Shown in pieces: positions 34,801 to 44,405 of a stretch of 56,541 bases of DNA. A program made the position numbers and the translations under genes. Origin of the DNA: Candidatus Nomurabacteria bacterium. Its GTDB lineage: Bacteria > Patescibacteriota > Minisyncoccia > Phycocordibacterales > UBA9973. The notes beneath the pieces are model-generated. The model had not been told where the DNA came from, did not search any database, and saw only the letters and a program-made list of their open reading frames with translations. The stretch lies in contig JADLEY010000011.1 of assembly GCA_020845875.1 (NCBI GenBank), positions 1 to 56,541 of the forward strand, read 5' to 3'. How positions within the stretch are numbered: position 1 is the stretch's first letter; each line of letters starts with the position of its first letter.

Positions 34801-35253
34801 TTACTCAATGTCGGCGGTATTTTTCTTGAATGATGCTTTCATAATTAATTGCATCGCTTTTTCAAGTGTCGCAGCACACACAGTGGCATGATATGCATCA
34901 GGTATCTGGACAATCGACGGCGCAGTCAGTTGTAAACAACTCAAACGCACGCCTTCTTCCGATGCAGAAATAGTTATCAATCGATGACAAACAAAATGAT
35001 CGACATCATTACGAAATACTCCGAGCGAGTGAGGATACCGCTGTTGCGCTTCCTCGAGAAGGTGCTTTCTGCAGGATTCTTCTATCTGGAGAGAAGCCTC
35101 AAGAAGAAGAAAAAGGTGTGGTATTCCCTTATCCGAAAATACCTGCAGTGGCAAACACTTCCTGTCATAAGGCAAAAATACTGCTGAAAGACAGCAGCCG
35201 CTGTATCCAATCCGGATCATACCGTCGCCCAAGAAAGATTCGAGCTTTTTCAT
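34801..35253 (-). CDS. Hypothetical protein
   Basis: 150-aa ORF with no recognisable motif. Confidence 0.4.
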   Translation of the reverse strand: MKKLESFLGDGMIRIGYSGCCLSAVFLPYDRKCLPLQVFSDKGIPHLFLLLEASLQIEESCRKHLLEEAQQRYPHSLGVFRNDVDHFVCHRLITISASEEGVRLSCLQLTAPSIVQIPDAYHATVCAATLEKAMQLIMKASFKKNTADIE

Positions 35254-35586
35254 AAAAAACAGTTTCTTCCATCCTATGCATTACAGAGAAAAAAGCAATA
35301 GAAAAGGGCGCCCGTAGCACGCCCTTACTTACTCTTATCGCTGTTCCTGTAGGTCAATGTTATTTGCCTCCGATTTGAGTATTATAATACTCTGAAATAC
35401 ATATTCGAGGAAAAACCATATCATCCAGAAAAAAGAGGCAACACCTTTTAATATTTTTTTCATATTCTCTTTTTCTTATCTATATCAGAAAAGAGGTCAT
35501 CTACGCAATAGATCAAAAAAATAAAAAACCCTAAAGCTCACGCTTGGGGTCTTGAGGGTGGGATAAAGGCGCCTTTTGACGCCTAA

Positions 35587-36120
35587 TCAGAACATAAAAC
35601 CTTCTTTCTCATACAATTCGTAATCAACGATACTTGAAAAATCTTTAGTGCGACGCATCCATCCTTCTAACTTTTTGCCATTAAGAATCTGATACATAAA
35701 CATTTCATCTCCTTGCACCAACTGTTTCTCTGGAAGAGAATTGATCGCAAACAATTGATGTTTTGTCATTTCTACGGTATCAATTGCTTTCCCTGCATAC
35801 TGAAAACAAAGAAAGAAGTACACTCGCATTGAAGGACTGCCGAACGGTACTTCTTCCTCAGTTCCGTTATAGAAATCAATCTGCGCAACAGGTTCCAAAA
35901 GCTCGGGACGAGTAAATATGCCGCCGATCTCATCTTTCCTTATACGAAGTTTGGAAACACCACCCGTTTCTTCCCAGATTTCTTGTACTGCATTACCACG
36001 AATTGATTGCCCTTCTTCTATCATACCCCCGTACCCTTTGAAGCCGATGATTTTCTTCTGCTGATATGCCATTTGGACATATTGGCCATCTATGAGATAA
36101 GTACATGTTGCTTTTTTCAT
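35587..36120 (-). CDS. NUDIX hydrolase family protein
   Basis: Nudix box GGMIEEGQSIRGNAVQEIWEETGG, partly degenerate. Confidence 0.7.
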   Translation of the reverse strand: MKKATCTYLIDGQYVQMAYQQKKIIGFKGYGGMIEEGQSIRGNAVQEIWEETGGVSKLRIRKDEIGGIFTRPELLEPVAQIDFYNGTEEEVPFGSPSMRVYFFLCFQYAGKAIDTVEMTKHQLFAINSLPEKQLVQGDEMFMYQILNGKKLEGWMRRTKDFSSIVDYELYEKEGFMF

Positions 36121-36170
36121 AAAATGAGTTTTCAGTATTATACTGATTTATGGAACAAATGGCAACCCAT

Positions 36171-36598
36171 CTAAACAACAACTCGCTTCCCATCTACTAG
36201 TGCGAAGCGTTTGCGATTTTTTGGGAGAAGGTATTTGTAGTAGGCAAACCATGGACGCATCGCAAGGTACTGGAGATTGGTGTCGTTTTGGTGCGCCTCC
36301 TGTTCGTGGCTCATATAATAGTAGGCTTCTATCCTGGACTTGCGCAGTACGAGGAGCGCATAGATATACTGAAAGAGTGCGATAAACAAAAGTCCGACAA
36401 TGCCGTCTCGATGTACTGCCGAATGTGGATGCTCTCGTGATTGATATACTCCCGCGTTTGCAGTATCGCCTCATCACGCACCACCACAAACGGAAACAGC
36501 GCAAACGCCCCTGCAGAAAATCTAAACAATTTGCCGACCACTCGAACAAGAGTGTGAGAAATTAGTGTTGGGATATGGCGTTGTATAACAAGTCTCAT
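36171..36598 (-). pseudogene. HExxH-motif membrane protein interrupted by a frameshift
   Basis: Frame A (from ATG 36598) reads ...FALFPFVVVRDEAILQTREYINHESIHIRQYIET. Frame B continues plausibly as GIVGLLFIALFQYIYALLVLRKSRIEAYYYMSHEQEAHQNDTNLQYLAMRPWFAYYKYL. The switch is near 36390-36400. Confidence 0.5.
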
Positions 36599-36605
36599 AG
36601 AAAAT

Positions 36606-37250
36606 CTACTTTTCATATAGTGGTCCGTAAAAGCACCTCTCTTTCTCATTATATGCAGCCCACATGCGATCACCATACGAATAGTGCCACCATTCAAGCG
36701 GATAGTTCGCAAAACCTACGTTGGTCATCAGCTCAAAGAGCATGGCTCTATTTTTCTTTTGTTCATCAGAAATGAGTGTTGAATGAGTATGAACCTTTTC
36801 TCCAAAATCATTAAATGATGTTCCCATATCCAACCTTTTATTTTCTATATCCAAAATAGTTACATCCACTGCCGCTCCGCATTGGTGTGAAGAGCCGCCA
36901 GGCGGAGCAGTATATTGCCTCACCATCCTTTTCCATTTCCAATGTAAAAAAATCATTTGAAACGGGTATGCTTTTGCCATTTGCCACAGTCTATTTCTGT
37001 ATAATTCTTGCTGCATAGTGATAGGACGATATGCTGTAACAACAAGTAATTTGTATCCTTCAGGTAAACTATTTGCTCCCTGCACAAGCCGGTCGCGCAC
37101 AGATGTTCGAAGTAACGGTGAGAGATATTTGTGTTCGTGAAGCAATACCAACTTTTTGCTTTCTGGGATAGTCACTAGTGGCTCTCCGTTTTCGTATATT
37201 TTTATTTCCCCTATTTTCTCTCGCGGAAGAGGAGTAGTTATTGTTTGCAT
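36606..37250 (-). CDS. ddpX: D-alanyl-D-alanine dipeptidase (VanX/DdpX, peptidase M15D)
   Basis: TAYRPITMQ, SSHQCGAAVDV and EWWHY motifs. Confidence 0.8.
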   Translation of the reverse strand: MQTITTPLPREKIGEIKIYENGEPLVTIPESKKLVLLHEHKYLSPLLRTSVRDRLVQGANSLPEGYKLLVVTAYRPITMQQELYRNRLWQMAKAYPFQMIFLHWKWKRMVRQYTAPPGGSSHQCGAAVDVTILDIENKRLDMGTSFNDFGEKVHTHSTLISDEQKKNRAMLFELMTNVGFANYPLEWWHYSYGDRMWAAYNEKERCFYGPLYEK

Positions 37251-37253
37251 AAC

Positions 37254-39515
37254 CTATTTTGCCACTTTTACTGCCTCATCAAATTTGATAGAGAGTAGCT
37301 TAGACGAACCGTCGGATCCGAGGGTGACACCGTAGAGGACGGAAGCACGAGACATCGTCTCACGGTTATGGGTGACGACTATGAGTTGTGAATACGCACT
37401 GAGGCGTTCTATCATGTCGCCGTAGCGACGAGAATTTGCTTCGTCAAGCGCCGCATCTGTCTCATCAAGGACGAGGAATGGCGGCGGATTTACTTGTGAG
37501 ATAGCAAAGAGGAGTGCGATAGATACCAGTGAGCGTTCGCCGCCGGAGAGCATCTGGAGGTCTTTCACCTTCTTTTCGGGCAAACTCACATGCACTTCAA
37601 TGCCACGCTCAAACGCCTCACTTTCTCCTTCTACTTCCTCATCAAGGATATCATTTTCATCAGCACTAACACGCGCTTTACGGCGCTTTTCCATCGTAAT
37701 AGAGAGGAAGGCATTGCCGCCGCCAAACATCGTCTTGAAAAATTCTCCAAAGCGGTCGTTGACCACCTTCACTCCTTCGGTAAATTTCTCGTCGAGCACT
37801 TTTTTGAGATCGACGATGAGGGAAGTAAGATTTGCGATGCTTGTCTCGATATCCGCCACTTCGCGGGAGAGAAATTCATCGCGCTCCTTTGTCGATTCGT
37901 ATTCACTGATGACTTCGGTGCCAATACCGGAGTGTTCCTCGTAACGAATCTTGAGTCGGTCAATTGTGCGACGCACGTCGTGAAGGTCGAGCTCCGGATA
38001 CGCAGGCCCCTGCCGCAGCTGCGAGAGAAATGATGGCCCAAACAGGAAGCCTGCCTCACGCAGCTCACTATCAAATTGCTCCTTGCGCTCGCGCACCCTT
38101 TGTACGGTGACGGCAAGAATCTGGAGTTCTGCATCGCAATCCTTGATTGCGCCGAGCACTTCGTAGCGCTCGTGAGTCGCGCGGGTGCTCTCCTGCAGGC
38201 GCATGTCACTCTCTCTTTCTCGTGCAGTGAGCTCTGCAGCAGCCGACTCTTCGCGAGCAAGTACTCCAGCAAGCTCTCGTTCGAGTGCTTCCAGTTCATG
38301 CGCGGCATCGGAGAGGTCACGGGAAGATGCTGATACAGATGTACGAGAGGTTCCTGCCGACTGCTGGCGCGAACGAAGTGTCTCAATCAGCCGCCCGAGT
38401 GACTGTGTTGCACGACGCACCTCCTCGATAGAAGAAGCTGCTTGTATCTCAGCAATAAAATGCTCTATATCAGCAAGAAGCTGCTGGTACTCCCGTGGTG
38501 AAAATGACACTGCGGATTCATCAGTTTGCACACTGCTCTGTTGTGCAGCAAATGCGCGATGTGCCTCGATGATACCTTGCATGCGTCCCATTTTTTGTTC
38601 GATGCTGCGTCGCTGTTCCTGGAACTCCTTTGCGCTGGCACGCAAGCGCGCAATCTCTGCTGCGCTGCCCCTTTCGACACTCGCCGCTTGGGGAAAGGCG
38701 GGAAGGCGCGCTTCGAGTTCTTTTTTCTTTTGCGTGATGATCGCTGTCGCATCAGAGAGATGCTGATCTTCGGCACGCAGCTGCTCCCGCTCGGTCGCCA
38801 TAAAGCGAAGGAGCGTGTCTTCGAGTTCGCTTCTGATTGCTTTCCCCTTCTCTACCTTTTCTACCTGCTTCTGCAAAAACTTCAGGTGCGGCGCAAGTTC
38901 GCGGCGCAGCGACTGCACATCCTTGAGGGTATCCATCGTTTTTGCCAGTTTGCTCTCGCTCTCTTTGATGCGGTAATGATAGATTTTGAGTCCGAGCGCG
39001 TCTTCGAGCATTTCGCGACGGTCACGCGCGTTGGCACGCAAAATGCTGTCTGCCTCGCCCTGCGAGATGATGTGATGGCTGGATGTACCGATATTGACCG
39101 AAGCGAGCAGTTCTACCATCTGCTTGAGACGGATTTCGGTATCGTTCATGAGGTATCTGCTAGTACCGTCGGCAAATATCTCACGTGTAAACGTAATCGT
39201 TTCAAAAAGGAGCGGCGACTTCCCTCTCTCTGTCTGGAAACCAAATACCTTGTCAGTATTATCAAAAGAGATAGACACCGCCGCGCGTGCGAGCTTGGTG
39301 GCACCAGCAGAGCCGCGGAAAATCAGGTCTGCACCTGATTTTCCGCGCATACTCTTCATACTCTGTTCACCAAGTACAAAGCGAAAGGCCTCTACGACAT
39401 TACTCTTCCCAGAGCCATTAGGTCCGACGACTGCAGTAACTGGAGCAGCAAACGACAGCTCCGCCTTTTTGGCGAAACTTTTGAAGCCTGTCAGCGTTAT
39501 CTCCTTGAGACGCAT
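37254..39515 (-). CDS. smc: SMC-family chromosome segregation ATPase (short, 753 aa)
   Basis: GPNGSGKSN Walker A, long coiled coil, LSGGERSL signature, FLVLDETDAALD Walker B. Start set at ATG 39515 (MRLKEITLTGFKSF), which is supported by TGCTATACT 6 nt upstream. Confidence 0.85.
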   Translation of the reverse strand: MRLKEITLTGFKSFAKKAELSFAAPVTAVVGPNGSGKSNVVEAFRFVLGEQSMKSMRGKSGADLIFRGSAGATKLARAAVSISFDNTDKVFGFQTERGKSPLLFETITFTREIFADGTSRYLMNDTEIRLKQMVELLASVNIGTSSHHIISQGEADSILRANARDRREMLEDALGLKIYHYRIKESESKLAKTMDTLKDVQSLRRELAPHLKFLQKQVEKVEKGKAIRSELEDTLLRFMATEREQLRAEDQHLSDATAIITQKKKELEARLPAFPQAASVERGSAAEIARLRASAKEFQEQRRSIEQKMGRMQGIIEAHRAFAAQQSSVQTDESAVSFSPREYQQLLADIEHFIAEIQAASSIEEVRRATQSLGRLIETLRSRQQSAGTSRTSVSASSRDLSDAAHELEALERELAGVLAREESAAAELTARERESDMRLQESTRATHERYEVLGAIKDCDAELQILAVTVQRVRERKEQFDSELREAGFLFGPSFLSQLRQGPAYPELDLHDVRRTIDRLKIRYEEHSGIGTEVISEYESTKERDEFLSREVADIETSIANLTSLIVDLKKVLDEKFTEGVKVVNDRFGEFFKTMFGGGNAFLSITMEKRRKARVSADENDILDEEVEGESEAFERGIEVHVSLPEKKVKDLQMLSGGERSLVSIALLFAISQVNPPPFLVLDETDAALDEANSRRYGDMIERLSAYSQLIVVTHNRETMSRASVLYGVTLGSDGSSKLLSIKFDEAVKVAK

Positions 39516-39521
39516 GCCTTC

Positions 39522-39530
39522 AGTATAGCA
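39522..39530 (-). promoter_or_regulatory. Extended -10 box of smc
   Basis: Minus strand TGCTATACT, 6 nt upstream of ATG 39515. Confidence 0.55.
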
Positions 39531-39576
39531 GAACGCGCCCGTTCTGGACGCGTCTGAGAAATCTCTAACAAGGGAT

Positions 39577-39969
39577 TTAGTTTCCTGAGGGCAGGTCTTC
39601 GCAGGCCTCTCCGTCATTGTCACCGTCGAGGCTGTTGGTATCTCCCCTCGTTCCTCCTGCATTTTCGAAGAAACGCTCTGCTTCTGGCTTGGTAGCAAAG
39701 TCAGCACAGTTGTATTCGTCGGTCGCTTTGCCAAACGCAGGATCGGTTACTACATTACCGTCCTTGTCTCGCAACACCTTTGCCTCCTGGAGCGAATCTC
39801 CCTTCAAGAGCTTACCGAGATCAAAGTCGTTGTTGGTCGCCTCAAGTCCGAGCGCACCGAGCAGTACCATAATCACTGCGGCAAGAATAGTTTTCTTTCC
39901 CTTTTTCTTTCCTGAAAAATCGGTGAGATTTTCTTTCGACAGTTTTTCTTTTACATTCTGTATATCCAT
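39577..39969 (-). CDS. Membrane-anchored Excalibur (extracellular Ca2+-binding) domain protein
   Basis: TM helix, then C-terminal YNCADFATKPEAERFF...DGDNDGEACE, which is the DxDxDGxxCE motif. Confidence 0.75.
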   Translation of the reverse strand: MDIQNVKEKLSKENLTDFSGKKKGKKTILAAVIMVLLGALGLEATNNDFDLGKLLKGDSLQEAKVLRDKDGNVVTDPAFGKATDEYNCADFATKPEAERFFENAGGTRGDTNSLDGDNDGEACEDLPSGN

Positions 39970-39979
39970 ATCAATACAA

Positions 39980-40060
39980 CTACGCTGTTACAAAAAGGTA
40001 CACCGCGATGAGCAGAAGCACCACAATAATAATCATTCGGGTACGCTTATTTTTTATCAT
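39980..40060 (-). CDS. Possible 26-aa single-TM leaderless peptide
   Basis: MIKNKRTRMIIIVVLLLIAVYLFVTA. TGGTATACT (40077->40069) lies 8 nt upstream of ATG 40060. Confidence 0.25.
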   Translation of the reverse strand: MIKNKRTRMIIIVVLLLIAVYLFVTA

Positions 40061-40080
40061 ACCCATGCAGTATACCATGC

Positions 40081-40770
40081 TTACCAGCCCTTGAAATCCA
40101 GTGCTGCCTTTGCTGCGAGCTGCTGCCCCTCTTGTTTACTTCGCCCCTTCCCTTCGGCAATTTTGTCTTCTCCAAAAAAGATACCGATAGTAAACCATTT
40201 GTCGTGGTCAGGACCGACCTCAGCAAGCACCTTGTATGACGGCGTCACTCCGAGGCGTTCTTGCGCTTCTTCTTGCACCAGACTCTTGGCATCCTTCCAT
40301 GCTTTCTTGGCGATAATCTCTTCCAATCGTGGAAGAAGCGTCCGATAGATAAATTCCTTACATGGCTCATACCCTTGATCGAGGTAGAGCGCACCAACAA
40401 ACGACTCATAGGTATTGGCGAGAATAGTAGAGCGCGCACGTCCAGTATCTTTTGCTTCTCCCTTGGAAAGAAGAAGGTAGTCATTCATACCAAGTACTTG
40501 CGCTACCTCGGCAATAATCACTGCATTGACGATGGCACTGCGATAGGCGGTAAGTTCTCCTTCCGGAGATGTCGGATAGGTACCAAAAAGGTAATCGGTA
40601 ACAACCAACTCGAGAACCGCATCGCCGAGAAACTCGAGGCGTTCGTTGTGTTCGAGTCCACTTTTAGGATTTTCATTGATGTACGAACGATGGATAAAAG
40701 CGTGCTCGAGCAGCTTCTTGTTTTGAAACGTAATACCGAGCACTTGTTCAAATGGGGTAAAATCTTTCAT
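40081..40770 (-). CDS. rnc: Ribonuclease III
   Basis: NERLEFLGDAVLE signature and a C-terminal dsRBD. Start set at ATG 40770. Confidence 0.9.
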   Translation of the reverse strand: MKDFTPFEQVLGITFQNKKLLEHAFIHRSYINENPKSGLEHNERLEFLGDAVLELVVTDYLFGTYPTSPEGELTAYRSAIVNAVIIAEVAQVLGMNDYLLLSKGEAKDTGRARSTILANTYESFVGALYLDQGYEPCKEFIYRTLLPRLEEIIAKKAWKDAKSLVQEEAQERLGVTPSYKVLAEVGPDHDKWFTIGIFFGEDKIAEGKGRSKQEGQQLAAKAALDFKGW

Positions 40771-40834
40771 AAGGAATGAATGTGGGTGCTCATCTCTCGA
40801 TGCGAGGCAGCGCCTCCAATCGACAAACCAACAT

Positions 40835-41749
40835 CTACTGAGTAGTACTAATCTTTTCGACTGCCTTAGCAATCAGCGGCAATATATCATCGTAGACGGT
40901 AAGGTCAAGCACCTCGTGCAGCTGAAACCAGCCAAGCTTATCAAGTCCGCCGCTCGTCTTGAGTACCATCTCCTGATACGGCGCATGTGCAAGGAAGTAG
41001 GTGACTACCTTGCGAATCTTCCCTTTTTCGGGATGCGACGCGACATAGTCGATACCGCCAAGCTCACCCTCGAGCGAAACATCGAGTCCACTCTTCTCTT
41101 TGATCTGGCGGATTGCCGCCGCTTCCTGTGTCTCCCCTTCTTCAACGCTTCCTTTTAAGATAGTCCAGTAGCCAAAGACATCGTGCGCAAGTCCCATATA
41201 CGCAACACCTTCATGTATTGCATAAATAATACCCCCTGCCTTGCCTTCTACTGGCAGTGTCGCAGGATCTACAGGCGCTTCGGGTTCACGCACCTTCTTC
41301 ATCTTGGGCTTACTCGTTTGATCCTTTCCAGGTTCGCCGATTTCTTTGTAGACGGCACCGAGTACACCATTGACGAATTTGCCGCTGTTTTCTCCGCCAA
41401 AAGTTTTGGCAAGCTCGATCGCCTCATTAATTGCTACCTTGGGCGGCACCTGTTCTCTGTCTCCAAAGAGAAGTTCTGCAAGTCCCATACGCAGTACCGC
41501 ACGATCGACATTGCCAATCTTTTCTAGTGGCCACTCTGGTGCTGCTTTGGTAATAATCTCATCGAGTACTACCTGCTTGCGTTGTACTGTTTCGGCAAGT
41601 TCGTAGATAAATGCATTATCACCATGTCCAGGAGCAAACTCAGCGATGGTACGATCTACAATTGACTTAAGCTCCTCTGGTTTACCAACAAAGTCCCACT
41701 CAAAGAGTGATTGTAGAACGATAGAGCGTGAGAGATGTCGATTTGCCAT
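40835..41749 (-). CDS. nusB: NusB antitermination domain fused to a C-terminal NUDIX-fold domain
   Basis: Residues 1-140 are NusB (AINEAIELAKTFGGENSGKFVNGVLG). Residues from about 170 to 304 have a Nudix-like box, GSVEEGETQEAAAIRQIKEKSGL. Confidence 0.75.
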   Translation of the reverse strand: MANRHLSRSIVLQSLFEWDFVGKPEELKSIVDRTIAEFAPGHGDNAFIYELAETVQRKQVVLDEIITKAAPEWPLEKIGNVDRAVLRMGLAELLFGDREQVPPKVAINEAIELAKTFGGENSGKFVNGVLGAVYKEIGEPGKDQTSKPKMKKVREPEAPVDPATLPVEGKAGGIIYAIHEGVAYMGLAHDVFGYWTILKGSVEEGETQEAAAIRQIKEKSGLDVSLEGELGGIDYVASHPEKGKIRKVVTYFLAHAPYQEMVLKTSGGLDKLGWFQLHEVLDLTVYDDILPLIAKAVEKISTTQ

Positions 41750-41776
41750 AAAGAACAGGGAGTGATGAAGAAATAA

Positions 41777-41992
41777 TTATGACTTCTTTGCCGAAGCGCG
41801 CTTCTGGCGGCGGATGGTCTTTTTGACCTGATCTTTGCCGACCGAACGACCCTTGTACATGCCGTCCTTGGTCGCGCGATGACGAAGGTGCAGAGTTCCA
41901 CTCTTATCAGAAGAAAGCGCAGGACTTTTGAGTGCATGATGACTGCGGCGATTTGCCGAGTGTGCACGGGTATGTCTCATTCGTACTACCAT
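41777..41992 (-). CDS. rpmF: 50S ribosomal protein L32 (Cys-less form)
   Basis: RHTRAHSANRRSHHALKSPALS matches the L32 N-terminus. No CxxC pairs. Confidence 0.8.
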   Translation of the reverse strand: MVVRMRHTRAHSANRRSHHALKSPALSSDKSGTLHLRHRATKDGMYKGRSVGKDQVKKTIRRQKRASAKKS

Positions 41993-42000
41993 ATACAGTC

Positions 42001-42009
42001 ACTATACCA
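42001..42009 (-). promoter_or_regulatory. Extended -10 box of rpmF
   Basis: Minus strand TGGTATAGT, 8 nt upstream of ATG 41992. Confidence 0.5.
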
Positions 42010-42133
42010 GCAACAGAAGAAAAAAACAACATGTTGCGGATAATTCGTTCACAAGTAGATTGACTTATAACTAAAGATATGCTATAATGCTATCAAATAC
42101 GATTTTGTATTTCGACAAAAAAAAAATATGTAA

Positions 42134-42694
42134 ATGTACAAACAACCAACACGCTCAGTGCTCTATCAGATATTGTCAGAACAAGAAGCGCTCTGCTTAG
42201 AACTTTCAAGCAAGGTATCTATCTCTGTCATTCTCATCATCCCGCAACTACCAAAAAAAGGAGGTCCTGAAGTAATCATCATTGATGAATACAAAAGATT
42301 CGACCAAACGAGGAAGAAAAAATTTCCTGGAGGAAAAATGGAAGAAATAGATTCCACCGTACTTGATGCAGCAAAGCGTGAGATGTTGGAAGAGACAGGG
42401 TTTATCCTAGAGGATGCATCTGTATGCTTTGCAGGAGAATTTTCCAGTACTATTCCAGGGGAACGCCATTACAAAGTGTACTTTCTTGTAAAGAAGTACA
42501 GAAGTAGCGGAGAACCTTACAAAAAAGATTCCGGTATTCTATCATGGGAACCTATCGAAGGTATCGAAAAGGTGGTAATTAAAAATCACCAATATTGTCT
42601 CTATAATTGTATCGAATCATTAAAGACCTGGAATCGTGAGTACGCCTTTGCACTCATGAATCTAAACACGAAACGATTTTACGAAGGTGAGTAG
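42134..42694 (+). CDS. NUDIX hydrolase
   Basis: Canonical Nudix box GGKMEEIDSTVLDAAKREMLEETGF. Confidence 0.8.
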   Translation: MYKQPTRSVLYQILSEQEALCLELSSKVSISVILIIPQLPKKGGPEVIIIDEYKRFDQTRKKKFPGGKMEEIDSTVLDAAKREMLEETGFILEDASVCFAGEFSSTIPGERHYKVYFLVKKYRSSGEPYKKDSGILSWEPIEGIEKVVIKNHQYCLYNCIESLKTWNREYAFALMNLNTKRFYEGE

Positions 42695-42744
42695 ATTTAT
42701 TCCAATACCAAGCGACGGACGTCGTTTGGTATTTTTGTTATTGG

Positions 42745-42753
42745 TGATATAGT
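42745..42753 (+). promoter_or_regulatory. Extended -10 box of thrS
   Basis: TGATATAGT, 6 nt upstream of ATG 42760. Confidence 0.55.
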
Positions 42754-42759
42754 TTGTCT

Positions 42760-43998
42760 ATGACTGAACCGGTAGAACACAGCCGAGATCATAAGCGTCT
42801 CGGTCGAGAGCTTGAGCTCTTCACCTTTTCCGATACTGTCGGCAAAGGACTCCCCCTCTGGCTCCCAAAGGGCGCTACTGTTCGCCGCGAGCTTGAACGA
42901 TTTATTGTAGACGAGGAAATTCGCCGTGGATACCTTCATGTGCGCACTCCTGATATCGCCAAGCTCGATCTCTACAAAAAATCCGGCCACTATCCGCACT
43001 ACAAAGATTCCATGTATGCACCAATTGTCATTGACGACGAAGAGTTTATGCTCCGTCCTATGACCTGTCCGCACCATTTTGAACTCTACCTCTCCAAACC
43101 GCACAGCTACCGCGAACTGCCGATGCGTATTGCCGAGCTCGCCCAGCTCTACCGCTACGAACAGTCGGGTGAACTGATGGGGCTCCAGCGCGTACGCACT
43201 TTTTGTCTCGCTGATGCGCACATTATCTGCGCCAGCGAAGAACAGGCAGTAGAAGAGATCGGCAAAGCACTCGACCTCATTGAATACGTCACCAGTATCT
43301 TCGGACTCGTTCTCGACAAAGACTACCGCTACCGTCTCTCTCTCGGCGACCGTGCCAACACTGAGAAATACTACAACGACAATGCTGCGTGGGAAAAAGG
43401 CGAAGGACTCTTGCGCGACCTAATGATCTCTCGCGGTTCGAAATTTGAAGAAGCAAAAGACGAAGCAGCATTTTATGGTCCTAAAATCGATATCCAGATG
43501 AAAAACGTCAACGGCAAAGAAGACACTGCCTTTACTGTGCAGTACGACTTCTGTATGCCGAGCCGCTTCAATCTTGTCTATACTGGCGAAGACGGCGCCG
43601 AGCATCAGGCATTCGTTGTGCATCGTTCTTCTATCGGCGCAATCGAACGCATCATGGCATTTCTTATCGAGAAGTACGAGGGAGCCTTCCCTCTCTGGCT
43701 CGCTCCGGTACAGCTCCAGATACTTCCCGTCTCCGAAAAGCACATCGGTTATGCGACCGAACTTTTTGATACTCTCAAAACAGCAGGTATCCGCGTCGAA
43801 ATCGACAGCTCCAACGAAACGCTCGGCAAGAAAGTGCGCAATGCAAAACAGGAAAAGGTTCCCTACCTTCTCGTCATTGGAGACAAAGAAGTAGATAGTA
43901 CCGCTCTCACACTGGAAGGTCGCGGCGAAGAAAAAGTTCCTCTCACAACAGAGACACTTCTCCCCTTCCTTAAAGAAAAAATCACGACACGAACATAG
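42760..43998 (+). CDS. thrS: Threonine--tRNA ligase, catalytic plus anticodon-binding domains only
   Basis: Begins at the RDHKRLGRELELF motif that opens the class II core. Contains MTCPHHF and FVVHRSSIGAIER. The upstream gene ends at 42694, leaving no room for TGS/editing domains. Confidence 0.85.
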   Translation: MTEPVEHSRDHKRLGRELELFTFSDTVGKGLPLWLPKGATVRRELERFIVDEEIRRGYLHVRTPDIAKLDLYKKSGHYPHYKDSMYAPIVIDDEEFMLRPMTCPHHFELYLSKPHSYRELPMRIAELAQLYRYEQSGELMGLQRVRTFCLADAHIICASEEQAVEEIGKALDLIEYVTSIFGLVLDKDYRYRLSLGDRANTEKYYNDNAAWEKGEGLLRDLMISRGSKFEEAKDEAAFYGPKIDIQMKNVNGKEDTAFTVQYDFCMPSRFNLVYTGEDGAEHQAFVVHRSSIGAIERIMAFLIEKYEGAFPLWLAPVQLQILPVSEKHIGYATELFDTLKTAGIRVEIDSSNETLGKKVRNAKQEKVPYLLVIGDKEVDSTALTLEGRGEEKVPLTTETLLPFLKEKITTRT

Positions 43999-44037
43999 AG
44001 AAACAAAAAAGAAGCGGACCGTCCCGCTTCTTTCTTT

Positions 44038-44388
44038 TTAAGATAAATGATGTTGTTTTCGATATTTCTTGTAGTCAAAGTCCTGTAAACGAGAAACATA
44101 GATAACAAGGTCGCTTCGCCGATCGATAGTTGCCCCGATACAGACAATCGGTGCTTCGCTTGCAAATGCGTCCGCAATACGATCTCCGTGATTACTCACA
44201 CTTGGCGAGCAAATGACGACATCTGCTCGTTTTTTAAAAGTAACCTCCTCATGAATCGCAAGGTAGTGCACCGGTTTGATATACACCTCTTTCTTATCAA
44301 ACCATCCGCTGATTACCTCTCTGAGAGCATCATTTACCCCTTCTCCATGGTGGAATACAACCACCTTCTTGTTAACAGTGATACTCAT
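44038..44388 (-). CDS. Hypothetical protein (about 116 aa, alpha/beta pattern)
   Basis: Start ATG 44388 is supported by the promoter at 44406-44433. Confidence 0.45.
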   Translation of the reverse strand: MSITVNKKVVVFHHGEGVNDALREVISGWFDKKEVYIKPVHYLAIHEEVTFKKRADVVICSPSVSNHGDRIADAFASEAPIVCIGATIDRRSDLVIYVSRLQDFDYKKYRKQHHLS

Positions 44389-44405
44389 GGTGCTGTGTTT
44401 TCTTG

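Noticed and set aside
35377-35392. Perfect 16-bp palindrome GAGTATTATAATACTC in the AT-rich spacer 35254-35586.
   Set aside because: It lies in AT-rich sequence where such palindromes and TATAAT-like strings arise easily. No adjacent regulator or clear target gene was found, and a 42-aa ORF overlapping it is unconvincing.
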